A stretch of DNA of 64,000 bases from Escherichia coli. Lineage in GTDB: Bacteria; Pseudomonadota; Gammaproteobacteria; Enterobacterales; Enterobacteriaceae. The stretch is from NCBI RefSeq assembly GCF_024298765.1, contig NZ_CP101210.1; one strand, given 5' to 3'. The notes below the pieces were generated by a model. It had not been told where the DNA came from. It searched no databases and was given only the letters and a program-made list of their open reading frames with translations. Positions 16,286 through 28,034 of the stretch are shown one piece after another (the first letter of the stretch is position 1; each line of letters opens with the position of its first letter). The translations under genes and the position numbers were made by a program.

Positions 16286-16993
16286 TCAGGCAAACCAGGC
16301 GGTCCAGGCGGCGGAAAGCGGCATTGCCAGAAGGAGTGCTGGAAGCATGTTGACCACCGGGAACATTTTAATGCCACAGATGCGTAATCCGGTTGCCAGC
16401 AGCAATAAACCGCCTACGGCGCTGAAGTCTGCCATCATCGACGGTGTGGTCAGCGGTAATATCAGCGCGGCAGCCCACGCCAGCGTTAACTGGATGATCA
16501 GTAATGGGATACTAATTACCGACACCGCAATACCCAACGAGCAGGCGAAGATCATCGCCGTAAAGAAATCGAGAAATGACTTGGCGATTAAAATACTCGG
16601 ATCGCCGGTCATCCCTTCGTTCATCGCCCCGAAGATCCCGGTGCCGCTGGCGCAAAACAGGACAATAATCGCGACATAATTCTGAATAAAAGATTCATGC
16701 GCTGGCTTCTTACGTGAGTGGCGAAACAGATTTTGTGCTTTGGTGACCGCGGTATTGACGCCTTTTTCCAGCAGACAAATTTCGCCGATTAATGCACCGA
16801 GTAAGGTTGCTAAAACCATCGCCGGAAGGTTGGCGCATTTCACCACCAGTAAAATACCAATCCCCAGCGATGCCAGACCAAAAATAGATGTCATGGAGAC
16901 GCGGATACGTTCCGGTAAACGTTGGCTGAGCAGTGCGCCGAGAACGCCACCCAGTAAGACTGCACTAGCGTTGATAAAAGGGCCGATGACCAC
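16286..16993 (-). CDS. yqgA: Putative transporter YqgA (DUF554 family inner-membrane protein)
   Basis: 235-aa multi-TM ORF recognised as YqgA; synteny next to pheV and speC. Confidence 0.8.
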   Translation of the reverse strand: MVIGPFINASAVLLGGVLGALLSQRLPERIRVSMTSIFGLASLGIGILLVVKCANLPAMVLATLLGALIGEICLLEKGVNTAVTKAQNLFRHSRKKPAHESFIQNYVAIIVLFCASGTGIFGAMNEGMTGDPSILIAKSFLDFFTAMIFACSLGIAVSVISIPLLIIQLTLAWAAALILPLTTPSMMADFSAVGGLLLLATGLRICGIKMFPVVNMLPALLLAMPLSAAWTAWFA

Positions 16994-17384
16994 AAGAGTT
17001 CCTGTTAACTGTATTGTCTGATTTTCTTATTATGAACTTTTTGCCTTGTTGATGGCTTGTCTGGTCGCAAAGTCCTGGCTTGCACGCTTTAGCGAAAGGT
17101 GCCATGATTGCGCGAATTTTCTCCTCTCTGTACGGAGTTTGCCCGATGCACGCCACCTCCTTACATTCTCTCGCTTATCGCCGTTTCGCGCGAAACTCCT
17201 CCCCTTTTCTGCTCATGCGGTGAAGTTAACGCACGCTCACTGCAGGACAACAGTAAAATCAGAGCGTTTCTGCTTTTACTGATGTCTGGCGGTCGGAGCT
17301 GGTGACCAGTTTGACCCATATCTCATGGGGCAGGGTTTTCCACCTTGTCCGGTATTCTTACTTCCCCGAAACGGGTTTGCGCTT

Positions 17385-19520
17385 ATGAAATCAATGAATA
17401 TTGCCGCCAGTAGTGAACTGGTATCCCGACTTTCTACTCATCGCCGCGTGGTGGCGTTGGGAGATACTGATTTTACGGACGTCGCGGCAGTCGTCATTAC
17501 CGCTGCGGATAGCCGCAGTGGCATTCTTGCGTTGCTTAAGCGCACCGGTTTTCATCTACCGGTGTTTTTGTATTCCGAACATGTTGTTGAATTACCTGCG
17601 GGCGTTACGGCGGTAATCAACGGCAACGAGCAGCAGTGGCTGGAGCTGGAATCCGCAGCCTGTCAGTATGAAGAGAATTTGCTGCCACCGTTTTATGACA
17701 CGCTGACGCAGTACGTTGAGATGGGCAACAGCACTTTTGCTTGCCCTGGGCATCAACATGGTGCGTTCTTTAAAAAGCATCCTGCCGGACGCCATTTTTA
17801 CGATTTCTTTGGTGAGAACGTCTTTCGCGCCGATATGTGTAACGCTGACGTAAAATTGGGCGATCTGCTTATTCATGAAGGATCGGCGAAAGATGCGCAG
17901 AAATTCGCAGCCAAAGTCTTTCATGCCGATAAAACCTATTTTGTGCTGAACGGCACATCGGCAGCGAATAAAGTAGTGACGAATGCGCTGTTAACGCGTG
18001 GCGATCTGGTGCTCTTCGACCGTAACAACCATAAGTCGAATCATCACGGCGCGCTGATTCAGGCGGGGGCGACGCCGGTCTATCTGGAAGCTTCACGTAA
18101 CCCGTTTGGTTTCATTGGCGGTATTGATGCGCACTGTTTTAATGAAGAGTATCTGCGCCAGCAAATTCGCGACGTTGCGCCAGAAAAAGCGGAGTTGCCG
18201 CGCCCGTTTCGCCTGGCGATTATTCAGCTGGGAACCTATGACGGCACTGTCTATAACGCCCGTCAGGTGGTCGATACCGTTGGGCATCTGTGTGATTACA
18301 TTCTGTTTGATTCCGCGTGGGTCGGTTACGAACAGTTTATCCCGATGATGGCGGATAGCTCGCCGCTGCTGTTAGAACTTAACGAAAACGATCCGGGGAT
18401 CTTTGTGACTCAGTCGGTGCACAAACAGCAGGCGGGATTCTCACAGACGTCGCAGATCCATAAAAAAGATAACCATATTCGCGGACAGGCGCGTTTTTGC
18501 CCGCATAAGCGGTTGAATAATGCCTTTATGCTCCATGCTTCTACCAGCCCGTTCTATCCGCTGTTTGCTGCACTGGACGTTAACGCCAAAATTCATGAAG
18601 GGGAGAGTGGGCGTCGGCTGTGGGCGGAGTGCGTTGAGATAGGGATTGAAGCGCGCAAGGCGATTCTTGCGCGCTGTAAGCTGTTCCGCCCGTTTATCCC
18701 GCCCGTTGTTGATGGCAAATTGTGGCAGGATTATCCGACATCAGTGTTAGCCAGCGACCGCCGTTTTTTCAGTTTTGAGCCGGGGGCGAAGTGGCACGGC
18801 TTTGAAGGATATGCCGCGGATCAGTATTTTGTTGATCCGTGCAAGCTGTTACTCACTACACCTGGTATCAATGCCGAAACTGGCGAATATAGCGACTTTG
18901 GCGTTCCGGCGACGATTCTGGCGCACTATCTGCGTGAGAACGGCATTGTGCCGGAGAAGTGCGATCTCAATTCCATTCTGTTCTTATTAACGCCGGCGGA
19001 AAGCCACGAGAAGCTGGCGCAACTGGTGGCGATGCTGGCGCAGTTTGAACAGCATATTGAGGATGACTCACCGCTGGCTGAGGTGTTGCCGAGCGTTTAT
19101 AACAAATATCCGGTGCGCTATCGCGACTACACCCTGCGCCAGTTGTGTCAGGAGATGCACGATCTGTATGTCAGTTTCGACGTCAAAGACCTACAAAAAG
19201 CGATGTTCCGCCAGCAGAGTTTCCCGTCAGTGGTGATGAACCCCCAGGATGCACATAGTGCTTATATTCGCGGTGAAGTGGAGTTGGTGCGGATTCGTGA
19301 TGCCGAAGGGCGAATTGCGGCAGAAGGGGCGTTGCCTTATCCACCAGGCGTGCTTTGCGTGGTACCCGGAGAAGTCTGGGGTGGGGCGGTTCAGCGTTAT
19401 TTCCTTGCGCTGGAAGAAGGGGTGAATTTATTGCCGGGATTTTCGCCGGAGCTGCAAGGTGTCTATAGCGAAACCGATGCGGATGGCATGAAACGATTGT
19501 ACGGTTATGTGTTGAAGTAA
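17385..19520 (+). CDS. speC: Ornithine decarboxylase, constitutive
   Basis: Recognised SpeC sequence; start set at MKSMNIAASSELVSR (711 aa) rather than ORF-track 17325. Confidence 0.9.
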   Translation: MKSMNIAASSELVSRLSTHRRVVALGDTDFTDVAAVVITAADSRSGILALLKRTGFHLPVFLYSEHVVELPAGVTAVINGNEQQWLELESAACQYEENLLPPFYDTLTQYVEMGNSTFACPGHQHGAFFKKHPAGRHFYDFFGENVFRADMCNADVKLGDLLIHEGSAKDAQKFAAKVFHADKTYFVLNGTSAANKVVTNALLTRGDLVLFDRNNHKSNHHGALIQAGATPVYLEASRNPFGFIGGIDAHCFNEEYLRQQIRDVAPEKAELPRPFRLAIIQLGTYDGTVYNARQVVDTVGHLCDYILFDSAWVGYEQFIPMMADSSPLLLELNENDPGIFVTQSVHKQQAGFSQTSQIHKKDNHIRGQARFCPHKRLNNAFMLHASTSPFYPLFAALDVNAKIHEGESGRRLWAECVEIGIEARKAILARCKLFRPFIPPVVDGKLWQDYPTSVLASDRRFFSFEPGAKWHGFEGYAADQYFVDPCKLLLTTPGINAETGEYSDFGVPATILAHYLRENGIVPEKCDLNSILFLLTPAESHEKLAQLVAMLAQFEQHIEDDSPLAEVLPSVYNKYPVRYRDYTLRQLCQEMHDLYVSFDVKDLQKAMFRQQSFPSVVMNPQDAHSAYIRGEVELVRIRDAEGRIAAEGALPYPPGVLCVVPGEVWGGAVQRYFLALEEGVNLLPGFSPELQGVYSETDADGMKRLYGYVLK

Positions 19521-19522
19521 GA

Positions 19523-19557
19523 AAAAAACGGGTCACCTTCTGGCGACCCGTTTTTCT
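19523..19557. terminator. Bidirectional rho-independent terminator between speC and nupG
   Basis: AAAAACGGGTCACC-TTC-TGGCGACCCGTTTTT: GC-rich stem flanked by A-run and T-run. Confidence 0.7.
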
Positions 19558-19565
19558 TTGCGTAA

Positions 19566-20822
19566 TTAGTGGCTCACCGTCTGTGTGCCTGTCGGGACAC
19601 GAACGTGTTTATATTTGAACATCGCCATGAACGCGAAGGCCAGAACCACGGAGTAACCTGCGAAAATCAGCCATACGGTCTGCCAGTCGGTAATGCCGTT
19701 TTGGGTGTACATCTCAACCACTTTACCGCTCACGATGCCGCCGAGGATACAGCCGAAGCCGTTGGTCATCATCAGGAACATCCCCTGCGCGCTGGCGCGA
19801 ATTGCCGGGCTAACTTCTTTTTCGACAAACACCGAACCAGAGATGTTGAAGAAGTCGAATGCGCAACCGTAAACGATCATCGACAGTACCAGCAGTACAG
19901 TACCGAACGGAGTCGGGTCGCCGTAAGCAAACAGAGCAAAACGCAGGATCCACGCCACAATACTGATCATCATTACGTTCTTAATACCGTAGCGGCTTAA
20001 GAAGAACGGGATGGTCAGAATGAACAGGGTTTCAGAGATCTGCGAAATCGACATGATGATTGACGCATGCTGCACGATGAAGCTGCTGGCAAACATCGGA
20101 TCTTTGTCGAAGCTGTGCAGGAAGGTATTACCGAACATGTTGGTAATCTGCAGTTCCGCGCCCAGCAGCATTGAGAAGATGAAGAAGATTGCCATACGCT
20201 TGTTTTTAAACAGAGCGAATGCATCGAGGCCCAGCAGGGTTGTCCAGCTCTGATTCGCTTGCTGTTTAGCAACCGGAATATGCGGCAGAGTCAGGGTAAA
20301 CAGAACCAGAATGGCGGAAAGCGCTGCGCCAATATACAGCTGCATGTGGCTTAATTCGAAGCCGGACAGGCTCACCACCCACATTGCCATGATAAAGCCG
20401 ATGGTGCCCCAGATACGGATTGGCGGGAAGTCAGTAACGATATCCATCCCGGCATTTTGCAGGCGATAGTAAGAGATGGTGTTGATTAACCCAAGCGTTG
20501 GCATATAAGCAAACGAGTTAATCAATATCACAAGGAACATCGCCTCCGGCGTAGTGACCTCTGCCGCCATGAACAGCGTGATAGCGCCAATGGTGTGGCA
20601 AATGGCATAGACCCATTTCGCACTTAACCATTTGTCGGCCACAATCCCCAGCAGCGCAGGCATAAAGACCGCGGCGATACCCAGTGAACTATAAACTGCG
20701 CCAATAGAAGCACCGTCAAACTTCAGGGTAACAAACATATAGGAGCCGAGGGTCGTCAGCCAACTTCCCCACAGACAGAACTGCAGAAAAGAGAGGATTT
20801 TCAGCTGCAGCTTAAGATTCAT
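19566..20822 (-). CDS. nupG: Nucleoside:H+ symporter
   Basis: Recognised NupG sequence; start at MNLKLQLKILSFLQF (418 aa). Confidence 0.9.
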   Translation of the reverse strand: MNLKLQLKILSFLQFCLWGSWLTTLGSYMFVTLKFDGASIGAVYSSLGIAAVFMPALLGIVADKWLSAKWVYAICHTIGAITLFMAAEVTTPEAMFLVILINSFAYMPTLGLINTISYYRLQNAGMDIVTDFPPIRIWGTIGFIMAMWVVSLSGFELSHMQLYIGAALSAILVLFTLTLPHIPVAKQQANQSWTTLLGLDAFALFKNKRMAIFFIFSMLLGAELQITNMFGNTFLHSFDKDPMFASSFIVQHASIIMSISQISETLFILTIPFFLSRYGIKNVMMISIVAWILRFALFAYGDPTPFGTVLLVLSMIVYGCAFDFFNISGSVFVEKEVSPAIRASAQGMFLMMTNGFGCILGGIVSGKVVEMYTQNGITDWQTVWLIFAGYSVVLAFAFMAMFKYKHVRVPTGTQTVSH

Positions 20823-21023
20823 GTTAATTTCCTCACATCGTGATGCGGATGAGTGTTTGAAAAAGCACATTTGACCGTGCGAGATGATGGGATTCTATCA
20901 ACTTCGCGGACTGGTTTTTTGTTACCTGTGGCAAATAATTGCAAACATTCCCAATTTGCAAAACGAAATTGTGATGTGGATAACATTTTTACCCCTGAGC
21001 ATCGTCAGGGGCGGTTAGTGGAA

Positions 21024-22130
<1,107 letters not shown>

Positions 22131-22167
22131 TTATGCAAGTTGCCGGAGGCGTGCTCCGGCACTGTTT

Positions 22168-22446
<279 letters not shown>

Positions 22447-22470
22447 TCATCCTCTTTATCGACTCACGCG

Positions 22471-23523
22471 CTAAACCGGCGCGCCAGTGCGTAACTGCTG
22501 TAACAAACGCTCCACGGGAGCCGCCAGGCCAACTGACGGCGGTTGCGCTAAGTTATACCAGAGCGCATTGTCTTCATCCATGCAGCCGGTGAATGACGAC
22601 ACGGGAAGCCACATAGGCACAATATCTAAGTGGAAATGGCTGAAGGTATGCCGAAACGCGGTCAGTTGCGTCAGGTTATCGGCAGCAATCTGCCGTTGCG
22701 CCAGCCATAGTCGCAAACTTTCTTCATCGGCAAACTGCGGGAAACAGTATAAACCGCCCCACAATCCACTCGGCGGGCGCTGCGCCAGCAATACCTCATC
22801 ATCATGCTGTAACAGTAAAAAGTAACCCGTGCGCTCCGGTAGCGTCTGCTTTGGTTTTTTGCCCGGATAAAGCGACCAGCTATTGTTGGCGGTGGCAATA
22901 CACCCGTTTTGTAGCGGACAGAGCGAGCATTTCGGCTTCGAGCGCGTGCAAATCATCGCGCCCAAATCCATCATCGCCTGATTAAACCGCTCCACGCCGA
23001 GCGCGGGCGTCACCTGCTCGCTCAAACTCCACAGTTTATTCTCGACCTCTTTTTTCCCAGGCCAGCCGCTTACAGCATAGCAGCGCGCCAGCACCCGTTT
23101 GACGTTACCGTCGAGAATCGGAAAGTGCTTACCCAGAGAAAGCGAGAGAATCGCGCCTGCGGTGGAACGCCCGACGCCCGGTAACGCCGCGACTTCTTCA
23201 AAGGTTTCCGGGAATTTACCGCCGTGTAAGGTCGCCACTTGTTGTGCCGCTTTATGCAGATTGCGCGCGCGGGCGTAATAGCCAAGCCCGGTCCACAAGT
23301 GGAGAACTTCGTCGAGCGGCGCATTGGCGAGATCGGTCACCGTTGGGAAGCGCGCCATAAAGCGTTCAAAATAGGGGATAACGGTCGCAACCTGAGTTTG
23401 TTGCAACATCACTTCTGAGAGCCATACTTTGTAGGGCGTCTTGTCAATTTGCCAGGGCAGCGTTTTCCGCCCGTATTTATCGTACCAGTCCAGAACCTGG
23501 GCTGAAAATTGCGACGCTTGCAT
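22471..23523 (-). CDS. mutY: Adenine DNA glycosylase
   Basis: Recognised MutY (HhH-GPD, Fe-S cluster cysteines); start at [20 protein letters not shown] (350 aa). Confidence 0.9.
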   Translation of the reverse strand: MQASQFSAQVLDWYDKYGRKTLPWQIDKTPYKVWLSEVMLQQTQVATVIPYFERFMARFPTVTDLANAPLDEVLHLWTGLGYYARARNLHKAAQQVATLHGGKFPETFEEVAALPGVGRSTAGAILSLSLGKHFPILDGNVKRVLARCYAVSGWPGKKEVENKLWSLSEQVTPALGVERFNQAMMDLGAMICTRSKPKCSLCPLQNGCIATANNSWSLYPGKKPKQTLPERTGYFLLLQHDDEVLLAQRPPSGLWGGLYCFPQFADEESLRLWLAQRQIAADNLTQLTAFRHTFSHFHLDIVPMWLPVSSFTGCMDEDNALWYNLAQPPSVGLAAPVERLLQQLRTGAPV

Positions 23524-23683
23524 GGTCACCGAATTCACTGTTATTGGGGGCAAGATTGCAGCACAGCGACGGCAGGGTGTAAACCGGAACTTTCCGCAGC
23601 CACGGCCTTATCATGCTTGCATCCGGCAACTAACTTTGGATAATGCCCGTTTTCAGAACACTTTCACAAGCGACTAAATCTTT

Positions 23684-24403
23684 ATGAAAAACGACGTCAT
23701 CTCACCGGAATTTGATGAAAACGGCCGCCCGCTGCGCCGTATCCGTAGTTTTGTGCGCCGCCAGGGGCGACTGACCAAAGGCCAGGAACATGCGCTGGAA
23801 AACTACTGGCCGGTGATGGGCGTTGAGTTCAGCGAAGATATGCTGGATTTCCCTGCGCTTTTTGGCCGTGAAGCGCCGGTGACGCTTGAGATTGGTTTCG
23901 GCATGGGGGCGTCGCTGGTGGCAATGGCTAAAGATCGCCCCGAGCAGGACTTCCTCGGCATTGAAGTGCATTCACCGGGCGTTGGTGCGTGCCTGGCTTC
24001 TGCGCATGAAGAGGGCTTAAGCAACCTGCGCGTGATGTGTCACGATGCGGTTGAAGTGCTGCATAAAATGATTCCTGACAATTCATTGCGCATGGTGCAG
24101 CTCTTTTTCCCTGACCCGTGGCACAAAGCGCGCCATAATAAACGCCGTATCGTTCAGGTGCCGTTTGCCGAACTGGTAAAAAGCAAACTGCAACTGGGGG
24201 GCGTATTCCATATGGCGACCGACTGGGAACCTTATGCGGAACATATGCTTGAAGTGATGTCTTCTATTGACGGTTATAAAAACCTGTCAGAGAGCAATGA
24301 TTACGTACCGCGTCCGGCATCACGTCCGGTGACGAAATTTGAACAACGTGGTCATCGTCTTGGTCACGGAGTATGGGACTTAATGTTCGAGAGGGTGAAA
24401 TAA
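23684..24403 (+). CDS. trmB: tRNA (guanine46-N7)-methyltransferase
   Basis: 239-aa ORF recognised as TrmB/YggH. Confidence 0.9.
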   Translation: MKNDVISPEFDENGRPLRRIRSFVRRQGRLTKGQEHALENYWPVMGVEFSEDMLDFPALFGREAPVTLEIGFGMGASLVAMAKDRPEQDFLGIEVHSPGVGACLASAHEEGLSNLRVMCHDAVEVLHKMIPDNSLRMVQLFFPDPWHKARHNKRRIVQVPFAELVKSKLQLGGVFHMATDWEPYAEHMLEVMSSIDGYKNLSESNDYVPRPASRPVTKFEQRGHRLGHGVWDLMFERVK

Positions 24404-24729
24404 TGGCAAAGAACCGTAGCCGTCGTCTGCGTAAAAAAATGCACATCGACGAATTCCAGGAATTAGGATTTTCGGTGGCATGGCGATTCCCGGAAGGTAC
24501 ATCGGAAGAACAGATTGATAAAACCGTTGATGACTTTATTAACGAGGTTATCGAACCGAACAAACTGGCCTTTGACGGCAGCGGTTATCTGGCCTGGGAA
24601 GGTCTGATCTGCATGCAGGAAATCGGCAAATGCACCGAAGAACATCAGGCGATTGTGCGTAAGTGGCTGGAAGAGCGCAAACTGGGCGAGGTACGCACCA
24701 GCGAACTTTTCGACGTTTGGTGGGACTAA
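24403..24729 (+). CDS. yggL: DUF469 protein YggL
   Basis: Recognised; start at [18 protein letters not shown] (108 aa). Confidence 0.8.
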   Translation: MAKNRSRRLRKKMHIDEFQELGFSVAWRFPEGTSEEQIDKTVDDFINEVIEPNKLAFDGSGYLAWEGLICMQEIGKCTEEHQAIVRKWLEERKLGEVRTSELFDVWWD

Positions 24730-24761
24730 GAAAGCATACGGGCGATGACAAATGCAAAACT

Positions 24762-24842
24762 GCCTGATGTGCTACGCTTATCAGGCCTATAAAGATGCAC
24801 GATCGAGTAGGCTGGATAAGGCGTTTACGCCGCATCCGGCAT
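24762..24842. repeat. REP/BIME-type extragenic palindromic elements
   Basis: GCCTGATGCGCTACGCTTATCAGGCCTA… and GGATAAGGCGTTTACGCCGCATCC motifs typical of E. coli REP. Confidence 0.6.
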
Positions 24843-24912
24843 GGAAAACGCGCACTTTGTTATCAATCTGGGGCCAGCAAATGCTGGCCTGATTTGTTCT
24901 TGAGGGAAGACT

Positions 24913-25632
24913 ATGATGCGCAAAATGCTGCTGGCGGCAGCACTTTCAGTGACGGCAATGACCGCTCACGCCGACTACCAGTGCAGCGTCACGCCGCGTG
25001 ACGATGTGATTGTCAGCCCGCAAACCGTGCAGGTGAAGGGCGAAAACGGCAATCTGGTGATCACGCCAGACGGCAACGTGATGTATAACGGTAAGCAATA
25101 TTCCCTGAATGCCGCCCAGCGCGAGCAGGCGAAGGATTATCAGGCTGAACTCCGTAGCACCCTGCCGTGGATTGATGAAGGCGCGAAAAGCCGCGTCGAA
25201 AAAGCCCGTATTGCGCTGGATAAAATTATCGTTCAGGAGATGGGCGAAAGCAGCAAAATGCGCAGCCGTCTGACCAAACTTGATGCGCAGCTGAAAGAGC
25301 AGATGAACCGCATTATCGAAACGCGCAGCGATGGCCTGACGTTTCACTATAAAGCCATTGATCAGGTTCGCGCCGAAGGCCAGCAATTAGTGAATCAGGC
25401 AATGGGTGGAATTTTACAGGACAGCATTAATGAAATGGGCGCGAAAGCGGTGCTGAAAAGCGGCGGTAACCCATTACAGAATGTGCTGGGAAGCCTGGGC
25501 GGTCTGCAATCCTCAATCCAAACCGAGTGGAAAAAGCAGGAAAAAGATTTCCAGCAGTTTGGCAAAGATGTTTGTAGCCGCGTTGTGACTCTGGAAGATA
25601 GCCGCAAAGCCCTGGTCGGGAATTTAAAATAA
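24913..25632 (+). CDS. yggN: DUF2884 periplasmic protein YggN
   Basis: 239-aa ORF with signal peptide; recognised as YggN by sequence and synteny. Confidence 0.75.
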   Translation: MMRKMLLAAALSVTAMTAHADYQCSVTPRDDVIVSPQTVQVKGENGNLVITPDGNVMYNGKQYSLNAAQREQAKDYQAELRSTLPWIDEGAKSRVEKARIALDKIIVQEMGESSKMRSRLTKLDAQLKEQMNRIIETRSDGLTFHYKAIDQVRAEGQQLVNQAMGGILQDSINEMGAKAVLKSGGNPLQNVLGSLGGLQSSIQTEWKKQEKDFQQFGKDVCSRVVTLEDSRKALVGNLK

Positions 25633-25807
25633 TCCTCTATTTTAAGACGGCATAATACTTTTTTATGCCGTTTAATTCTTCGTTTTGTTACCTGCCTCTA
25701 ACTTTGTAGATCTCCAAAATATATTCACGTTGTAAATTGTTTAACGTCAAATTTCCCATACAAAGCTAAGGGATAATGCGTAGCGTTCACGTAACTGGAG
25801 GAATGAA

Positions 25808-26854
25808 ATGGAGTTTTTCAAAAAGACGGCACTTGCCGCACTGGTTATGGGTTTTAGTGGTGCAGCATTGGCATTACCCAATATCACCATTTTAGCAACT
25901 GGCGGGACCATTGCCGGTGGTGGTGACTCCGCAACCAAATCTAACTACACAGCGGGTAAAGTTGGCGTAGAAAATCTGGTTAATGCGGTGCCGCAACTGA
26001 AGGACATTGCGAACGTTAAAGGCGAGCAGGTAGTGAATATTGGCTCCCAGGACATGAACGATGATGTCTGGCTGACACTGGCGAAAAAAATTAACACCGA
26101 CTGCGATAAAACCGACGGCTTCGTCATTACCCACGGTACCGACACGATGGAAGAAACCGCTTACTTCCTCGACCTGACGGTGAAATGCGACAAACCGGTG
26201 GTGATGGTCGGCGCAATGCGCCCGTCCACGTCCATGAGCGCAGACGGTCCATTCAACCTGTATAACGCGGTAGTGACCGCAGCTGATAAAGCCTCCGCTA
26301 ATCGTGGCGTGCTGGTGGTGATGAACGACACCGTACTGGACGGTCGCGATGTCACCAAAACCAACACCACCGACGTAGCGACCTTCAAGTCTGTTAACTA
26401 CGGTCCTCTGGGATACATTCACAACGGTAAGATTGACTACCAACGTACCCCGGCACGTAAGCACACCAGCGACACGCCGTTCGATGTCTCTAAGCTGAAT
26501 GAACTGCCGAAAGTCGGCATTGTTTATAACTACGCTAACGCATCCGATCTTCCGGCTAAAGCACTGGTAGATGCGGGCTATGATGGCATCGTCAGCGCTG
26601 GTGTGGGTAACGGTAACCTGTATAAATCCGTGTTCGACACTCTGGCGACCGCCGCGAAAAACGGCACTGCAGTCGTGCGTTCTTCCCGCGTACCGACGGG
26701 CGCTACCACTCAGGATGCCGAAGTGGATGATGCGAAATATGGCTTCGTGGCCTCTGGCACGCTGAACCCGCAAAAAGCGCGCGTTCTGCTGCAACTGGCT
26801 CTGACGCAAACCAAAGATCCGCAGCAGATCCAGCAGATCTTCAATCAGTACTAA
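25808..26854 (+). CDS. ansB: L-asparaginase II (periplasmic)
   Basis: Recognised AnsB (signal peptide, TGGTIAG motif); strong RBS GGAGGAATGAAATG. Confidence 0.9.
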   Translation: MEFFKKTALAALVMGFSGAALALPNITILATGGTIAGGGDSATKSNYTAGKVGVENLVNAVPQLKDIANVKGEQVVNIGSQDMNDDVWLTLAKKINTDCDKTDGFVITHGTDTMEETAYFLDLTVKCDKPVVMVGAMRPSTSMSADGPFNLYNAVVTAADKASANRGVLVVMNDTVLDGRDVTKTNTTDVATFKSVNYGPLGYIHNGKIDYQRTPARKHTSDTPFDVSKLNELPKVGIVYNYANASDLPAKALVDAGYDGIVSAGVGNGNLYKSVFDTLATAAKNGTAVVRSSRVPTGATTQDAEVDDAKYGFVASGTLNPQKARVLLQLALTQTKDPQQIQQIFNQY

Positions 26855-26861
26855 TCACCTC

Positions 26862-26887
26862 GCCCCGGTATCGTGCCGGGGCTTTTT
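26862..26887 (+). terminator. Rho-independent terminator after ansB
   Basis: GCCCCGG-TATCGTG-CCGGGGC followed by TTTTT. Confidence 0.7.
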
Positions 26888-26970
26888 CACTTCAGACTCA
26901 CGTCCATTGCCAATTTTCATCACCCTAATGATAATCACCGGAATAAATTATTCCGCGCGAGGGTTTTCGG

Positions 26971-27978
26971 GTGAAAAAGCAATGGATTGTTGGTACGGCG
27001 CTGCTTATGTTGATGACTGGTAATGTCCGGGCAGATGGTGAACCGCCAACTGAAAATATCTTAAAAGATCAATTCAAAAAGCAGTATCACGGCATTCTCA
27101 AGCTTGATGCCATCAGCTTAAAAAATCTTGATGCTAAGGGTAATCAGGCCACCTGGTCAGCGGAAGGCGATGTCTCTTCCAGTGACGATCTCTATACCTG
27201 GGTCGGTCAGTTGGCAGATTACGAACTGCTCGAACAGACCTGGACGAAAGATAAACCGGTAAAATTCTCGGCGATGTTAACCAGTAAAGGAACGCCCGCT
27301 TCTGGCTGGTCGGTGAACTTTTACTCTTTTCAGGCGGCAGCCAGCGATCGTGGGCGGGTGGTCGACGATATCAAAACGAATAATAAATATCTGATCGTGA
27401 ATAGCGAAGATTTCAATTATCGCTTTAGTCAGCTTGAGTCTGCGTTGAATAACCAGAAGAACTCGATTCCTGCGCTGGAAAAGGAAGTGAAAGCGCTTGA
27501 TAAGCAAATGGTGGCGGCGCAGAAAGCAGCGGATGCATATTGGGGAAAAGATGCAAACGGTAAGCAAATGACCCGCGAAGACGCCTTTAAAAAAATTCAC
27601 CAACAGCGTGATGAGTTTAATAAACAGAATGATAGCGAGGCGTTCGCGGTTAAATATGACAAAGAGGTTTATCAACCGGCGATTGCGGCATGTCATAAAC
27701 AGAGTGAAGAGTGTTATGAAGTGCCGATTCAGCAGAAGCGAGATTTCGATATCAACGAACAACGGCGACAGACTTTTCTGCAATCACAAAAACTTAGCCG
27801 TAAATTGCAGGATGACTGGATAACGCTCGAAAAAGGGCAATATCCGTTAACGATGAAAGTTTCAGAAATAAACAGTAAAAAAGTCGCGATTTTGATGAAA
27901 ATTGACGATATCAATCAGGCTAATGAACGCTGGAAAAAAGACACCGAACAACTGCGGCGCAATGGGGTGATTAAGTAA
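26971..27978 (+). CDS. yggM: Uncharacterised periplasmic protein YggM
   Basis: 335-aa ORF with signal peptide; recognised by sequence and synteny. Confidence 0.7.
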   Translation: MKKQWIVGTALLMLMTGNVRADGEPPTENILKDQFKKQYHGILKLDAISLKNLDAKGNQATWSAEGDVSSSDDLYTWVGQLADYELLEQTWTKDKPVKFSAMLTSKGTPASGWSVNFYSFQAAASDRGRVVDDIKTNNKYLIVNSEDFNYRFSQLESALNNQKNSIPALEKEVKALDKQMVAAQKAADAYWGKDANGKQMTREDAFKKIHQQRDEFNKQNDSEAFAVKYDKEVYQPAIAACHKQSEECYEVPIQQKRDFDINEQRRQTFLQSQKLSRKLQDDWITLEKGQYPLTMKVSEINSKKVAILMKIDDINQANERWKKDTEQLRRNGVIK

Positions 27979-27996
27979 CTCATGTTAAGTGCCTTT

Positions 27997-28034
27997 GCCG
28001 GATAATATAAAAAGTTATCCGGCAAATTATTTTT
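27997..28034. terminator. Hairpin plus T-run between convergent yggM and TRAP permease gene
   Basis: GCCGGATAA-tataaaaag-TTATCCGGC then AAATTATTTTTT. Confidence 0.5.

Noticed and set aside
17325-17384. N-terminal 20-codon extension of speC suggested by the ORF track
   Set aside because: The recognised SpeC N-terminus starts at MKSMNIAASS; the upstream Met gives a non-conserved extension.
25731-25751. FNR/CRP-like site (TGTAAATTGTTTAACGTCAAA) in the ansB promoter
   Set aside because: ansB is known to be FNR/CRP-regulated, but the match to either consensus is weak and I cannot place it relative to a transcription start from sequence alone.
25892-26809. 305-aa minus-strand ORF overlapping ansB
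   Set aside because: Antisense shadow ORF within a well-recognised gene; no independent start or RBS evidence.
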